From Harriotta raleighana (taxonomy: Eukaryota), in NCBI GenBank assembly GCA_050575255.1, contig JBNZDD010013729.1, forward strand, positions 10,046,312-10,110,311: a stretch of DNA of 64,000 nucleotides, read 5' to 3'. The notes beneath the pieces were generated by a model, which saw only the letters and a program-made list of their open reading frames with translations, ran no database searches and was not told the DNA's origin. The first letter of the stretch is position 1; each line of letters opens with the position of its first letter. Of the stretch, positions 62,903 to 64,000 are shown piece by piece. The position numbers were made by a program, and so were the translations under genes.

Positions 62903-62972
62903 CTGTCCTTTCACCTCTGGGACCTGGGCTGGAATCCAACCACACTGCGATGAGATTAAAGTCTCCACTTTT
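62903..62972 (+). mobile_element. LF-SINE-like 5' fragment
   Basis: cctttcacctctgggacctgggctggaatccaacc...gatgagattaaagtctcc resembles the recalled LF-SINE head consensus. Confidence 0.5.
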
Positions 62973-62991
62973 CCCTTAAAGCTACAATGTA

Positions 62992-63497
62992 ATTTCTATC
63001 TCTGACCATCACTTCATCTCTATCTTAACCTCCACACCTCTTCCCACTTCCACCAGACCCACCACCATCGTCTATCGCCCCTGGAAAAAGCTACCCCCAC
63101 ATTCCTTGACCGCTGCCTTGGAGTCCTCTGAACTCCTCTCCCTCTGGCCCTCATCCCTCACTGACCCCACTTCTGCCCTCACCCTCCTCCACAACACCCT
63201 CTCCTCCACACTCGACACTCTTGCCCCCCTCACCTCCCGTACTGTCTCCTACTCTCGCTCCTCCCCCTGGTTTACCACTCACCTCCGCTCACTCAAGACC
63301 CAGGTGCGGGCGGCTGAACGCATCTGCCTCAAATCTGGCCTAACGGTCCACCGGCAAATCTGGCTGGACCTCCTCAAGTCCTACCGCTCCGCTCTAGCCT
63401 CAGCCAAGTCGTTCTTCTACTCCAGGATAATCCTGGAAGGGAAGAACAACCCGAGGCTCCTATTCTCCACCACCTCAAAACTCCTCCATCCACCCCT
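62992..63497 (+). mobile_element. L2 LINE ORF2 segment (end of APE endonuclease plus linker), reading frame open up to the gap
   Basis: Translates ISDHHFISI...YRPWKK...LSSTLDTLAPL...SPWFT..LRSLK...RAAER...YRSALASAKSFFYS.II....NNPRLLFSTT.KLL with no stop. Confidence 0.9.
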
Positions 63498-63991
63498 NNN
63501 NNNNNNNNNNNNNNNNNNNNNNNNNNNNNNNNNNNNNNNNNNNNNNNNNNNNNNNNNNNNNNNNNNNNNNNNNNNNNNNNNNNNNNNNNNNNNNNNNNNN
63601 NNNNNNNNNNNNNNNNNNNNNNNNNNNNNNNNNNNNNNNNNNNNNNNNNNNNNNNNNNNNNNNNNNNNNNNNNNNNNNNNNNNNNNNNNNNNNNNNNNNN
63701 NNNNNNNNNNNNNNNNNNNNNNNNNNNNNNNNNNNNNNNNNNNNNNNNNNNNNNNNNNNNNNNNNNNNNNNNNNNNNNNNNNNNNNNNNNNNNNNNNNNN
63801 NNNNNNNNNNNNNNNNNNNNNNNNNNNNNNNNNNNNNNNNNNNNNNNNNNNNNNNNNNNNNNNNNNNNNNNNNNNNNNNNNNNNNNNNNNNNNNNNNNNN
63901 NNNNNNNNNNNNNNNNNNNNNNNNNNNNNNNNNNNNNNNNNNNNNNNNNNNNNNNNNNNNNNNNNNNNNNNNNNNNNNNNNNNNNNNNNNN
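63498..63991. other. Assembly gap (N run)
   Basis: Direct reading. Confidence 1.
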
Positions 63992-64000
63992 AGTGGAACA

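Overview
AT-rich vertebrate non-coding DNA (large intron or intergenic). I could not support any host protein-coding gene; the listed ORFs are short and spurious or belong to transposons. The repeat content points to a cartilaginous fish, probably a holocephalan (Callorhinchus/chimaera-like). That assignment is inferred from recalled repeat families, not from a search. The window is dominated by a ~320-bp tRNA-derived SINE with an L2-type (ATT)n tail, present as about 8 full and more than 15 partial copies. It also holds older Deu-domain SINEs, L2 and CR1 LINE fragments, many ~60-70 bp L2 3' tails, two pogo/Tigger-type MITEs, a TTAA-flanked piggyBac-type non-autonomous element (one complete and one truncated copy), Penelope-type terminal fragments and an LF-SINE-like remnant. 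An uninterrupted L2 ORF2 segment runs into a terminal N gap. Four duplications flanking single Ns are most likely assembly artefacts. The most notable observations are a ~184-bp inverted copy of nearby unique DNA inserted into a SINE tail with a 10-bp duplication, a hairpin Penelope-like end carrying a hammerhead-ribozyme-like core, and several repeat-free, motif-dense blocks that may be conserved enhancers. I found no convincing new multi-gene system.
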